NCBI GenBank assembly: GCA_029936935.1
Contig: JAPYRQ010000002.1
Coordinates: 226-64,225, forward strand
Direction of reading: 5' to 3'
Origin: Dehalococcoidia bacterium
Lineage (GTDB): Bacteria > Chloroflexota > Dehalococcoidia > Lucifugimonadales > UBA1127
Length of the DNA: 64,000 bases
Part shown: piece by piece, positions 27,104 to 35,494 of the stretch
Layout of the letters: each line of letters opens with the position of its first letter
Position numbering within the stretch: position 1 is the stretch's first letter
Program-made: the position numbers and the translations under genes
The notes under the pieces: model-generated
Database searches by the model: none
What the model was told of the DNA's origin: nothing
What the model saw: only the letters and a program-made list of their open reading frames with translations

Positions 27104-27116
27104 TTCCATAATGGAA
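27104..27116. promoter_or_regulatory. T-N11-A dyad TTCCAT-A-ATGGAA (LysR-type box candidate)
   Basis: Perfect 6-bp inverted repeat with a 1-nt spacer, matching the generic LysR T-N11-A architecture. It lies 5 nt upstream of the LysR GTG. The half-site TTCCATA recurs at 27040-27046. Confidence 0.35.
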
Positions 27117-27120
27117 CTAT

Positions 27121-28017
27121 GTGACGTGGGGTGATGTGATACCTGAACTACCGGAATGGAGAGTGTTCTGCGCTACGGCAAAGTTCCACAGCATCTCCGG
27201 GGCTGCGGAGTCCCTTGGGATAGGCTCTCCAACGGCGACCAAGCAGATTGCGAAGCTTGAAGAGCGACTTGGCGTGCAGCTCCTCGATAGGACGACGCGA
27301 CCGGTGCAACTTACGGCGATGGGTGAGCGATACGCCGCGCTGGCATCGCCGTTGGTAGAAGGTTTTGACAACATGGTCGGCTCCGTGACGGCTGAGGGCA
27401 CGACCGACCCGGTGAGCGTCACTGCGCCGTCAGGGTTTATCAGCTACAAGCTGCCAGATGCGGTGAAGTTCTTTCAAGACACGTTTCCCTACAACCAGGT
27501 CCGTATCTACTCACGCACCAAGTCCGAGGCCATCCGTATGCTGTCTGACGGCGATGTGGATATGGCCCTCGTCGATCCATAGGTGCCGCCACACATCGAT
27601 TTCCAACCGCTCATCACCTTTGAGCGCGTGCTCATCGCTGCTCGAAATCACCCTCTAGCCCAGCAGTATGAAGCCACTATCGATGAGATTGCGCGCTACC
27701 CGCTGACGTTCCTCCGAGCGGGCACAACCACAAGGACCATGCTTGAAGCGGAGATGAAACGGCAGGAAATTCCCTATGAAGTGGGCATTGAGTTGGACCA
27801 CACAGAGGCCGTAAAACGCTACGTGTCGCTGGGCCTTGGAATATCCGTGGTGCCTGAATTCATCGTCGAACCCAGGGACAGAGAAAGCTTGGCGATTATC
27901 CGCGTACAAGGTTCGTATGCAACCGAACAAATCGGCGCCGCGACGTTACGGGAGAAACCCCTCACCACGTCTGCAAGCAACTTCCTTATGGTGCTTCGCC
28001 AGACCCTGGGGCAATAA
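27121..28017 (+). pseudogene. LysR-family transcriptional regulator interrupted by an in-frame TAG (27580-27582)
   Basis: ORF 27121-27582 carries the HTH (FHSISGAAESLGIGSPTATKQIAKLEERLGVQLLDR). ORF 27583-28017 is in the same frame and carries the rest of the LysR substrate-binding domain. The junction reads GTC GAT CCA TAG GTG CCG. The combined length of about 298 aa is typical for a LysR regulator. Confidence 0.8.
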
Positions 28018-28027
28018 GCCTGAAGGA

Positions 28028-29329
28028 CTAGGATTTGTGTGTAGGTATCTGGGGTGGCCGGATCGCATAGGCAGCCAGGGCCGCTAGTATCCACGTCCCT
28101 ACTATCATCAGAAACGGGGCAGTGTAAGAGCCGCTCCAATCATGCATGGCCCCGATCATCAGCGGCGCTATGGCCCGGGTGCCATTCGCGAAGGGTGTCA
28201 TGAACCCTCTGATCGCACCAATGTGGTCGCGGCCGAAGAACTCGGCGGTGGCCAGCGACTGCAGCATGAAGAACCCCGCCAGGTTTATCCCCTGGAACAC
28301 GCCCCACGCCACCATCATGACAGGGTTGAAGATGAACAGCATGAAGATGACCCCAACCGTTGCCAGACACCCTTGTAGGATCATCATGGTGCGGATGTTG
28401 TACTTCCCCGCTAGGTAGCCCCAGACGAAGCGCCCACCAACGTTGAAGAAGCCGTAGACCGCCACGCCACTGGCTGCCACTTCCAGACTGAACCCCTTTT
28501 CCTGGAAGTAGGGTATCCAGTGGGCCTGGTAGCCGGTGATACCCACCACAGCCAGCGCCAATGCCAATGTGAGTATCCAGAAGGAACTGGAGCGGAGCGC
28601 CTCTCCCTTTGTGAAGCTGTACTCATCAGAAGGTGTGGGTCTTTTGGATACGGCCGTTGCGGAGGGTGGAGCAGGCTTTGTCTCGGGCGTGTCGCCATCA
28701 GGAAGCATGCCCATGACTTCTGGGCTGGTACGAGCCATGAGCGATAGGGGGAGGACGATGATGAGGGTGGTGATTCCCAGCCAGAGCCAGGCGTCACGCC
28801 ACCCCATGCTGCCAATGAGGAATGTGAGGAACAGTGGGAAGATGAGTGGGCCGCTGGCTGCCCCGGCGTTGCTCCAGGATAGTGCTTGGGCGCGTTTGCG
28901 CACAAACCACTTGATGGCCAGGGTCTGCCACATACCGCTGCCCTGAGCCGCTACTCCAAGGGCTCCCAAGACTCCGTAGACCATATAGTACTGGAACGGC
29001 GTTTCCACCCACCGTAGAAGAATGAACGAGAGGGCGAGGAAGATACTGCCGATGGGTAAGATTACCTGCGGAGCCCAGGGGTGGTCGGCCAACGGACCAA
29101 GGATCGGCCCCATGAGACCGCCAAGTAACACACGTACTGACAGCGCTCCGAAGATGACGGTCTGGCTCCAGCCAAGGTCCGATTGCATTGCCGCCAGGAA
29201 GGTGCTGGTGGCGAACCCGGCGCTTCCCAGGTTGAACGAACCGCTGATTGCGCCGGCCCCCACGATGATCCATCCGTAGAAGAATGGAAGCTTGCGCCGG
29301 GTTTTCCCCTTACCTTGCATGAGCGACAT
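28028..29329 (-). CDS. MFS transporter (oxalate/formate-antiporter-like subfamily, tentative)
   Basis: The multi-pass hydrophobic protein begins MSLMQGKGKTRRKLPFFYGWIIVGAGA. The ORF-track start (29644) overlaps the upstream MFS gene and is trimmed to 29329. Confidence 0.8.
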   Translation of the reverse strand: MSLMQGKGKTRRKLPFFYGWIIVGAGAISGSFNLGSAGFATSTFLAAMQSDLGWSQTVIFGALSVRVLLGGLMGPILGPLADHPWAPQVILPIGSIFLALSFILLRWVETPFQYYMVYGVLGALGVAAQGSGMWQTLAIKWFVRKRAQALSWSNAGAASGPLIFPLFLTFLIGSMGWRDAWLWLGITTLIIVLPLSLMARTSPEVMGMLPDGDTPETKPAPPSATAVSKRPTPSDEYSFTKGEALRSSSFWILTLALALAVVGITGYQAHWIPYFQEKGFSLEVAASGVAVYGFFNVGGRFVWGYLAGKYNIRTMMILQGCLATVGVIFMLFIFNPVMMVAWGVFQGINLAGFFMLQSLATAEFFGRDHIGAIRGFMTPFANGTRAIAPLMIGAMHDWSGSYTAPFLMIVGTWILAALAAYAIRPPQIPTHKS

Positions 29330-29367
29330 TATAGGCACACTGTTGCCTGTCGTGTTTGGGGGGCCGG

Positions 29368-30624
29368 CTAAGGAGTGGTTTTGGGAGGAGACGCTACCTT
29401 CGATTTCGCTCGACTCTCCGGTGCGAACAGCATCACGAGGGTGGCGCTGACTCCAAGCCATATGGCTACGACGATGAACGCACCACCGAAGCTCCACCAC
29501 TGGGCCATCGCTCCAACCGCCAATGGGGCTACAAACCCTCCGGAGGCCTGGAACAACGACCAGACGCCCAGGAACGCACCCCTTCCCTCTTTGGGTGCAA
29601 GGTCCATGGCATAGACCTGCGATGTGCTTTGGCTCATGCCCCATGCCAGCCCGTACAGCAGGACCATGGCAAGTATGCCGATGTAGTTTTCGCTGATGCT
29701 CAGGAGGAACGCTGCTCCGGCCAGGAGGAAGAGGCCCGGCACAAGGGAGAACTTCCTGCCGTATTTATCACTCAGCATCCCATTGGGAAAGGATACGAAC
29801 ACAGCCACAATGCCCCCCATGCCCAGAAGCGTGCCGATGCTTGTGGGGCTCAGGTTCGCTATGTCCTGCGCATACAACGGAAGTAACGTTGCGAAGACCC
29901 CCTGCCCCATCATGCTGACAGCAAAGGTCGCCAGTATCAGGAATAAAAAGGTCTTTGTCTTGAATGGGGCAAGCTTACTCGATATGGAGCTCGGCTTTTT
30001 CTCCCCAGCTTCCTGCTTCTTAGGTACGGCCTTTGGCTTGCTCTCTCCAATCAGAAAGAGGGCTACTGCAAGGGTCACCAACTTGGTGACGCCGTTGAAC
30101 AGGAAAATCGCCCGGAAATCAAATGTAAGCAACAGCATCCCGCCCATCAGTGGCCCCGCTACTTGCCCTAGCCGTTGAGACATCCCTCGCAGTGCGACGA
30201 CGCGTCCACGGACTTCCTGGTCGGTGACATCGGCGATGAGGATGTTGGCGCTGGTCATCCACATGGCAATGCCGATGCCGCCTATGAACTCCAGCACGAA
30301 GAACTCGATGTAGCTATCGATGAACATTTCGATGAATGCTGTGACCGCCCGAAGGCTTGCGCCGGTGATCATAAGCGGTTTGCGACCCCATCTATCGCTC
30401 ATGAAGCCGGTGATGGGAGATGCTACAAGGATGGCAACAGCGTTGAAGGCCAGGATGAGGGTCACCAGAAAGATGTTCTGTTCAAGGGAGTATGCAAAAA
30501 GCGGCCGACCCAGGTTCTGAGCACCGCCGCCCGCACCCCAAAAGAAGAACGCAACAAAGATAGGCAACGTGCGTTTGGTGAGGATTCCGGGTTTGGTGGG
30601 CTGTTCTGGCTCAGCGGTACTCAA
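29368..30624 (-). CDS. MFS transporter
   Basis: 418 aa, 12-TM-like profile, and the motif GFMSDRWGRKPLM after TM2. Confidence 0.85.
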   Translation of the reverse strand: MSTAEPEQPTKPGILTKRTLPIFVAFFFWGAGGGAQNLGRPLFAYSLEQNIFLVTLILAFNAVAILVASPITGFMSDRWGRKPLMITGASLRAVTAFIEMFIDSYIEFFVLEFIGGIGIAMWMTSANILIADVTDQEVRGRVVALRGMSQRLGQVAGPLMGGMLLLTFDFRAIFLFNGVTKLVTLAVALFLIGESKPKAVPKKQEAGEKKPSSISSKLAPFKTKTFLFLILATFAVSMMGQGVFATLLPLYAQDIANLSPTSIGTLLGMGGIVAVFVSFPNGMLSDKYGRKFSLVPGLFLLAGAAFLLSISENYIGILAMVLLYGLAWGMSQSTSQVYAMDLAPKEGRGAFLGVWSLFQASGGFVAPLAVGAMAQWWSFGGAFIVVAIWLGVSATLVMLFAPESRAKSKVASPPKTTP

Positions 30625-30714
30625 AGTAGGGCGAGTATACGCCGTTATCGCAGTCTGTCTCTACTGTGCCGCACCTATACCCGCGTAATCACATCTAAAG
30701 ATTTTGAACAACAG

Positions 30715-30942
30715 ATGAATCTGAAACGGCTGATTGAGTATGCCGAGACTGTAGGTGATAGGTTGGACGCGGCAGCTGTGGCCACCCTTTCAGGGGATAC
30801 GCAGGGAGCCCAGAAACTCTTTGGCAGTGCACAGGCAGTCTTTTGCGAGGCGAAAAGCAGCTTCAAATCTCCGGAGTTCGAGGAACTTGTGAGAATACAC
30901 TTTCAGGCGGTACCACAGAGGTGTGACCGAGCGAGTTTCTAG
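30715..30942 (+). CDS. Hypothetical small protein (weak call)
   Basis: This is the only part of ORF 30175-30942 that is not antisense to the MFS gene (MNLKRLIEYAETVGDRL...). There is no obvious SD. A strong hairpin follows. Confidence 0.25.
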   Translation: MNLKRLIEYAETVGDRLDAAAVATLSGDTQGAQKLFGSAQAVFCEAKSSFKSPEFEELVRIHFQAVPQRCDRASF

Positions 30943-30963
30943 ACGGACACCTCGTATATGAAA

Positions 30964-30996
30964 AGGAGGCCCCGCTCAAAGTGAGCGGGGCCTCCT
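30964..30996. terminator. Bidirectional intrinsic terminator hairpin
   Basis: Perfect 14-bp stem AGGAGGCCCCGCTC / GAGCGGGGCCTCCT with a 5-nt loop, between convergent ORFs. Confidence 0.7.
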
Positions 30997-31037
30997 CCTG
31001 TGTCAGCTATGCTTGGGGACTGGCACCGATAGGTCTA

Positions 31038-31397
31038 CTACTTGGTGCCGGTGCAGTCATCTGCATCCCGGTCAACCTTTACCAGGTCCTTGGCCAGCTT
31101 CTTGGCATCGTCCAGGTCCTTCTTGGAGGCCTCGGGATCCGCCTGGACTCCCTCGATCTCTGCGATGACCGGTGCAATTACCGGGTCGCTTACGTCGATG
31201 GCACCCTTGGCGTAGTTCAGCCAGACCACCAGGAGTTCTGCCGTGGCGTCTTCTCTGGCCTTATCTTCCTTATCGGCCTTGGTATCCGGCTTGGTGCCGC
31301 CCTTCTTGCCCTTGCCGTCCTTGGCCGGGTTCAAGAGGTTACCGGCGTCGGTCAGAGCCATCGGCTCGTCGAAGATGTTACTGCCCAGGACTACCAT
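31038..31397 (-). CDS. Hypothetical Lys/Asp/Glu-rich protein
   Basis: Codon usage looks coding (GC-rich third positions, AAG/GAC/GCC rich). The sequence reads ...AKDGKGKKGGTKPDTKADKEDKAREDATAELLVVWLNYAKGAIDV... The start is uncertain (31397 or 31361). No family recognised. Confidence 0.45.
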   Translation of the reverse strand: MVVLGSNIFDEPMALTDAGNLLNPAKDGKGKKGGTKPDTKADKEDKAREDATAELLVVWLNYAKGAIDVSDPVIAPVIAEIEGVQADPEASKKDLDDAKKLAKDLVKVDRDADDCTGTK

Positions 31398-31446
31398 GGT
31401 GCATCGCGCCGCAGCGGGTCTCATCACACGCTATACTGCCCCCACT

Positions 31447-33405
31447 ATGACAACTTCACCCATAACCGCCGATTTCATCTATGACCTTCCCACGGTTTCG
31501 GACCCGGCTGTGAGTCCCGATGGCTCTAACCTGGTCTACGTCCGTAGCACCACGTCCCGCGAGGGCTATAAGAAGACCTCCGTTTTAGAATTAATCATTT
31601 TTTGGGACGGGGAAACACAGCGATTCACTGCTGGCCCCGACGACGGTCACCCCATCTGGTCCCCCGACGGAAGTACCTTGGGGTTTCTGCGGCCAAGGGA
31701 ACCCGACAAGCCGAAGCAGCTCTGGCTCATGCCCAGAAGTGGCGGTGAAGCCAAATGTGTTACCAAGGCGACAAAGGGTGTGCTGGACTTCGCCTGGAAT
31801 CCCGGCAGCGATGTCGTGTGGTTCATCAGCGAGGTAGAGGCCCCAAAGCGGGGCGGCAAGAAACCCGCCGATGACGCACCTCAGGTCAAAGAGGTCCACC
31901 AGATCTACTACCAGGGGGACACCCTGGGCTGGCGGGGGGACGGCTATCGTCAACTCTTCCGTCTGGGTATCGCCTCTGGTACTGCTGCCCAGATGACCCG
32001 CGGCGACTTCGACCACGATACGCCGACGCCATCGCCCGACGGGTCCACGGTGGCCTTCCAATCTACCCGCTCGCGGACGCGCCATCTCAAGAGACCCTGG
32101 GGCGGCGAACTCTGCATCATGGCTAATGATGGCGGTCGGGTCACGCGCCTCACTCCCGAAAGCTGGCAGATTGGCGGCATTGTCTGGTCTCCCGATGGTA
32201 AAACCATTGCCTATGGGACTGCAGGGGAGTCGGAACGCTGGCAATACTATATCCACACGGTGGACGTGGAGACGAAGACGGTGAAGCGTCTCACCGACGA
32301 CGCCATCACCCCCCAGGCGGGGTTTCACCCCACAAGCCCGCCGCCGCCGCTTTCCTGGGCCAACGAAAGGATTCTCTTCCTGGCAGACAGCAAGGGCTCC
32401 AGCGGGCTCTACAGCGTTACTCCTGCCGGAATGCTGGATCAGCTGAGGGTAGATTCCGAGGCCATTGGGGCAGTCAGCTACTCGTCATCGGCCAGCCGAG
32501 TGGCCATAGTTTCCTCTACCGATTCACGACCCGGAGAGATAATCGCCCTGGATCCATTCGATGGACAGAACCAGCGCGTGACCCACGTCACCGACGACTA
32601 CATGGCCGAGCATGCAGTAGGCACCACCCAAAAGATCGTGGTCCACAGGGACAACTTTGCTATTGATGCGTGGTTGGTGCAGCCGCCGGACTTCGATTCG
32701 GAGAAGCAGTACCCGCTAATCCTGGACGTTCACGGTGGCCCTAACGGCGCCTTTATGACGGGGTTTAATGTGCTCCATCAGATCTTGGCTGGGGCCGGGT
32801 ATGTGGTGCTGGCGGTAAATCCGCGAGGGTCCAGCACCTACGGTTCGGACTTCACCACTCGCGTATACAAGGACTGGGGCGGGGAGGACTACCAGGACCT
32901 CCTGGCGGCGCTAGATGTCGTGTGCGAACTCCCTTATATCGACCGCGACCGCGTGGGAATCCACGGCTATTCCTACGGTGGGTACATGACTACCTGGGCC
33001 GTGGGGCACACCGATCGGTTCAAAGCGGCCGTCGCCGGTGCTCCCTGCACCAACCTCTTCTCCATGTATGGCCAGTCCGATATTGGCGTCAGCTTCGGCG
33101 AGATCCAATGGGGCGGTCGACCACAGGAGGAGCTCCAGTGGTATCTGGAGCGTTCGCCGGTCATGCATGCGGATAAGGTCCAGACTCCGGTGTTGCTGCT
33201 GCATGGCGAAGCTGACCACCGCGTTCCGATCTCCCAGAGCGAGGAGTATTACGTGGCGCTAAAACGGCTGGGGAAGACTGTAGACTTTGCGAGGTTTCCT
33301 GGTTGCTCCCATTTGTTCCTTAGAGGAGGCCATCCGGAATTGCGCCGGGAGTACTACGATCGAGCTATTGGCTGGTTTCATCGGTGGATTACTGGACAAC
33401 CGTAG
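31447..33405 (+). CDS. S9-family serine peptidase (prolyl oligopeptidase / acylaminoacyl-peptidase type)
   Basis: N-terminal beta-propeller with repeated SPDG motifs, and a C-terminal hydrolase domain with the nucleophile GYSYGG and HGEADHRVP. Start trimmed to MTTSPITADF (31447), because the ORF-track 5' extension overlaps the divergent ORF. Confidence 0.9.
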   Translation: MTTSPITADFIYDLPTVSDPAVSPDGSNLVYVRSTTSREGYKKTSVLELIIFWDGETQRFTAGPDDGHPIWSPDGSTLGFLRPREPDKPKQLWLMPRSGGEAKCVTKATKGVLDFAWNPGSDVVWFISEVEAPKRGGKKPADDAPQVKEVHQIYYQGDTLGWRGDGYRQLFRLGIASGTAAQMTRGDFDHDTPTPSPDGSTVAFQSTRSRTRHLKRPWGGELCIMANDGGRVTRLTPESWQIGGIVWSPDGKTIAYGTAGESERWQYYIHTVDVETKTVKRLTDDAITPQAGFHPTSPPPPLSWANERILFLADSKGSSGLYSVTPAGMLDQLRVDSEAIGAVSYSSSASRVAIVSSTDSRPGEIIALDPFDGQNQRVTHVTDDYMAEHAVGTTQKIVVHRDNFAIDAWLVQPPDFDSEKQYPLILDVHGGPNGAFMTGFNVLHQILAGAGYVVLAVNPRGSSTYGSDFTTRVYKDWGGEDYQDLLAALDVVCELPYIDRDRVGIHGYSYGGYMTTWAVGHTDRFKAAVAGAPCTNLFSMYGQSDIGVSFGEIQWGGRPQEELQWYLERSPVMHADKVQTPVLLLHGEADHRVPISQSEEYYVALKRLGKTVDFARFPGCSHLFLRGGHPELRREYYDRAIGWFHRWITGQP

Positions 33406-33455
33406 AGTGGAATGTTGCCTTAAAATGGACAATCAGGATTAAGGAGGATTGTGTA

Positions 33456-33769
33456 ATGTCCCAAAACACCGAATCGAAATATCTTGTTGACTTGGTGCAA
33501 TATCAGGAGGGTACAGTTGTCAGCCGCACTTTGAATAAAAAGACGGCGGGACGGTGACCTTATTTGGTTTTGATATTGATCAAGGTTTGAGCGAGCATTC
33601 TACGCCATTTGACGCGATGGTTTGTGTTCTGGATGGGAACTTGGAGATCACTATCTCCGGCAGTACGGCGAACTTGGAGCGTGGTGAGATGATTATCATG
33701 CCCGCAAATGAACCGCATGCATTAAAAGCGGTTGAACAATCCAAGATGATGCTAACGATGCTTCATTGA
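33456..33769 (+). pseudogene. Small cupin-domain protein split by a 1-nt frameshift (33537-33553)
   Basis: AAGGAGG precedes ATG 33456, which encodes MSQNTESKYLVDLVQYQEGTVVSRTLNKKTAGR*. The next frame continues TVTLFGFDIDQGLSEHSTPFDAMVCVLDGNLEITISG...IIMPANEPHAL, a cupin_2 core. The shift lies at the A5 run or the GGG run. Confidence 0.7.
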
Positions 33770-33867
33770 ACTCCACACCACCAAGCCAACGGAAGTAGGC
33801 ATTCAAAAGCAAGAAGGCCCGGAATGTTTTCTGCCGATGTTCATGATGGACCGTGGTATATGGCAAT

Positions 33868-33898
33868 AAAACAGGGCTTCCATTATGGAAGCCCTGTT
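33868..33898. terminator. Intrinsic terminator hairpin
   Basis: Perfect 14-bp stem AAACAGGGCTTCCA / TGGAAGCCCTGTTT with a 3-nt loop, between the cupin gene and tRNA-Pro. Confidence 0.6.
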
Positions 33899-33911
33899 TG
33901 ACTTTCTTGGT

Positions 33912-33988
33912 TGGTCGGGGTGATAGGATTTGAACCTACGACCCCCTGCACCCCATGCAGGTGCGCTACCGGTCTGCGCCACACCCCG
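33912..33988 (-). tRNA. tRNA-Pro (anticodon GGG)
   Basis: The reverse complement folds as a cloverleaf: acceptor CGGGGTG/CACCCCG, D arm GCGC/GCGC, anticodon stem CCTGC/GCAGG with loop AT-GGG-GT, and T arm GTAGG-TTCAAAT-CCTAT. Discriminator A and CCA are encoded. Confidence 0.9.
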
Positions 33989-34016
33989 ACTGTCGCCCTA
34001 GTATAGCAGGGGTCGG

Positions 34017-35354
34017 CTATTGGCGCATCATCTTGCCAAGGCCTACCAGGCCCCGCATCTTCCCTCCGGCAAACTGCTTCATCATCTTCTGCATCTGTCG
34101 GAACTGGTTGAGCAGCTGGTTGACCTCCTGAACGGTTGTGCCGCTGCCTGTTGCGATGCGACGTCGCCTCGATGCATTGAGCACGTCGGGTTCACGACGT
34201 TCACGCGGGGTCATCGACAGAACAATGGCCTCGACACCCTTGATGCGGTTTTCGTCCAGTTCCTGATCGCCCATACGACCCTTCATGCCCGGAATCATCT
34301 CCATCACCTGCCCTAACGGGCCCATCTTCTGAACGGCACGGAGTTGATCCAAGAAGTCTTGGAGGTCAAAAGTGGCCTTGCGGAGCTTCCGCTCCATCTC
34401 CTGGGCGGTCTCCACATCAATGACATCCTGAGCCTTCTCAATGAGGGTGAGGACGTCACCCATGCCAAGGATGCGTGATGCAAGACGGTCTGGGTAGAAC
34501 GGCTCCAGCGCCTCGCTCTTCTCACCTGTGCCCATGAACTTGATGGGAACGCCGGTCACAGAGCTGATGGAGAGGGCTGCGCCACCACGGGCATCGCCGT
34601 CCATCTTGGTCAGGATGAGCCCCGTCAGGCCCACACGCTCGTTAAAGACACCCGCCGCGTTCACAGCTTCCTGGCCTGTCATGGCATCGACGACAAGGAT
34701 GGACTCTTGCGGTTTGATAGCATTTTTAAGGTCGGTGAGTTCGCCCATCAACTCATCATCGATCTGTAATCGACCGCCGGTATCGACGATAACCCAGGGG
34801 CAGCCTTGTTTCTTGGCTTCAGAGATGCCGTTCTTGGCTACTTTCAGCACCGTTGTGGAGGACGAATCTTCGCTGTACACGGGGAGGTCAAGCTGCGCGC
34901 CAAGGGCTTTCAACTGTTCCACGGCTGCCGGGCGGCGGAGGTCTGCAGCAACCAGCATGGTCTTCTGGCTGGTACCGGAACCCAGGTGAAGGGCAAGTTT
35001 TGCTGCGGTGCTCGTTTTGCCGGAGCCTTGTAGTCCCACCAGCATGAGGACGGCAGGGGATTCCGTACCGTGATGGAGTTGATGGTCGCCAGCGTCCAGG
35101 ACCTCCGTCAGTACATCGTTGACAATCTTGACCACCTGCTGGCCGGGGTTCAAACCCTGAAGGACCTCAGAGCCCTGGCAACGTTCCTTGACCTTCGCCA
35201 CGAACTCGCGTGCCACCTTGAAGTTGACATCGGCTTCCAGTAGGGCAACGCGAACTTCCTTCAACGCCTCGTCGATATCTTTATCGGTCAGTCGGCCGCG
35301 GTTGCCCAGCTTCTGGAACACCGCTCCAAGTTTGCTGCTTAGTGAATCGAACAT
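34017..35354 (-). CDS. ffh: Signal recognition particle protein
   Basis: 445 aa. MFDSLSSKLGAVFQKL N-domain, GTPase motifs GLQGSGKTST / DTGGR / TKMDGD, and a Met-rich M domain. Confidence 0.95.
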   Translation of the reverse strand: MFDSLSSKLGAVFQKLGNRGRLTDKDIDEALKEVRVALLEADVNFKVAREFVAKVKERCQGSEVLQGLNPGQQVVKIVNDVLTEVLDAGDHQLHHGTESPAVLMLVGLQGSGKTSTAAKLALHLGSGTSQKTMLVAADLRRPAAVEQLKALGAQLDLPVYSEDSSSTTVLKVAKNGISEAKKQGCPWVIVDTGGRLQIDDELMGELTDLKNAIKPQESILVVDAMTGQEAVNAAGVFNERVGLTGLILTKMDGDARGGAALSISSVTGVPIKFMGTGEKSEALEPFYPDRLASRILGMGDVLTLIEKAQDVIDVETAQEMERKLRKATFDLQDFLDQLRAVQKMGPLGQVMEMIPGMKGRMGDQELDENRIKGVEAIVLSMTPRERREPDVLNASRRRRIATGSGTTVQEVNQLLNQFRQMQKMMKQFAGGKMRGLVGLGKMMRQ

Positions 35355-35494
35355 GAATTGCCTCCATAGCTATTCTATGGGCAAAGCTGGCATGCGGCAA
35401 ACCCCAGCACTGGCCGAAACACGACCTGACACCTCCTATGGATTCGCGGATTCAATGTGCTAGCATGCGACGACGAAAACAAGGCGGCAGATGC

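Noticed and set aside
27580-27582. Possibility that the in-frame TAG in LysR reflects stop-codon reassignment or pyrrolysine-type decoding.
   Set aside because: TAG terminates several well-delimited genes in this window at positions consistent with homolog lengths (for example cytochrome c at 1605 and DUF3500 at 7289). No pyl-type genes were seen.
29330-29644. N-terminal extension of the MFS ORF (538-aa version).
   Set aside because: It overlaps the 3' end of the upstream MFS gene and encodes a non-membrane, Arg/Gly-rich sequence. The transporter core begins at MSLMQGK (29329).
30175-30714. 5' two-thirds of the 255-aa + ORF 30175-30942.
   Set aside because: It is antisense to the MFS gene 29368-30624. 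Only the short tail beyond 30715 could be independent, and that is kept as a low-confidence feature.
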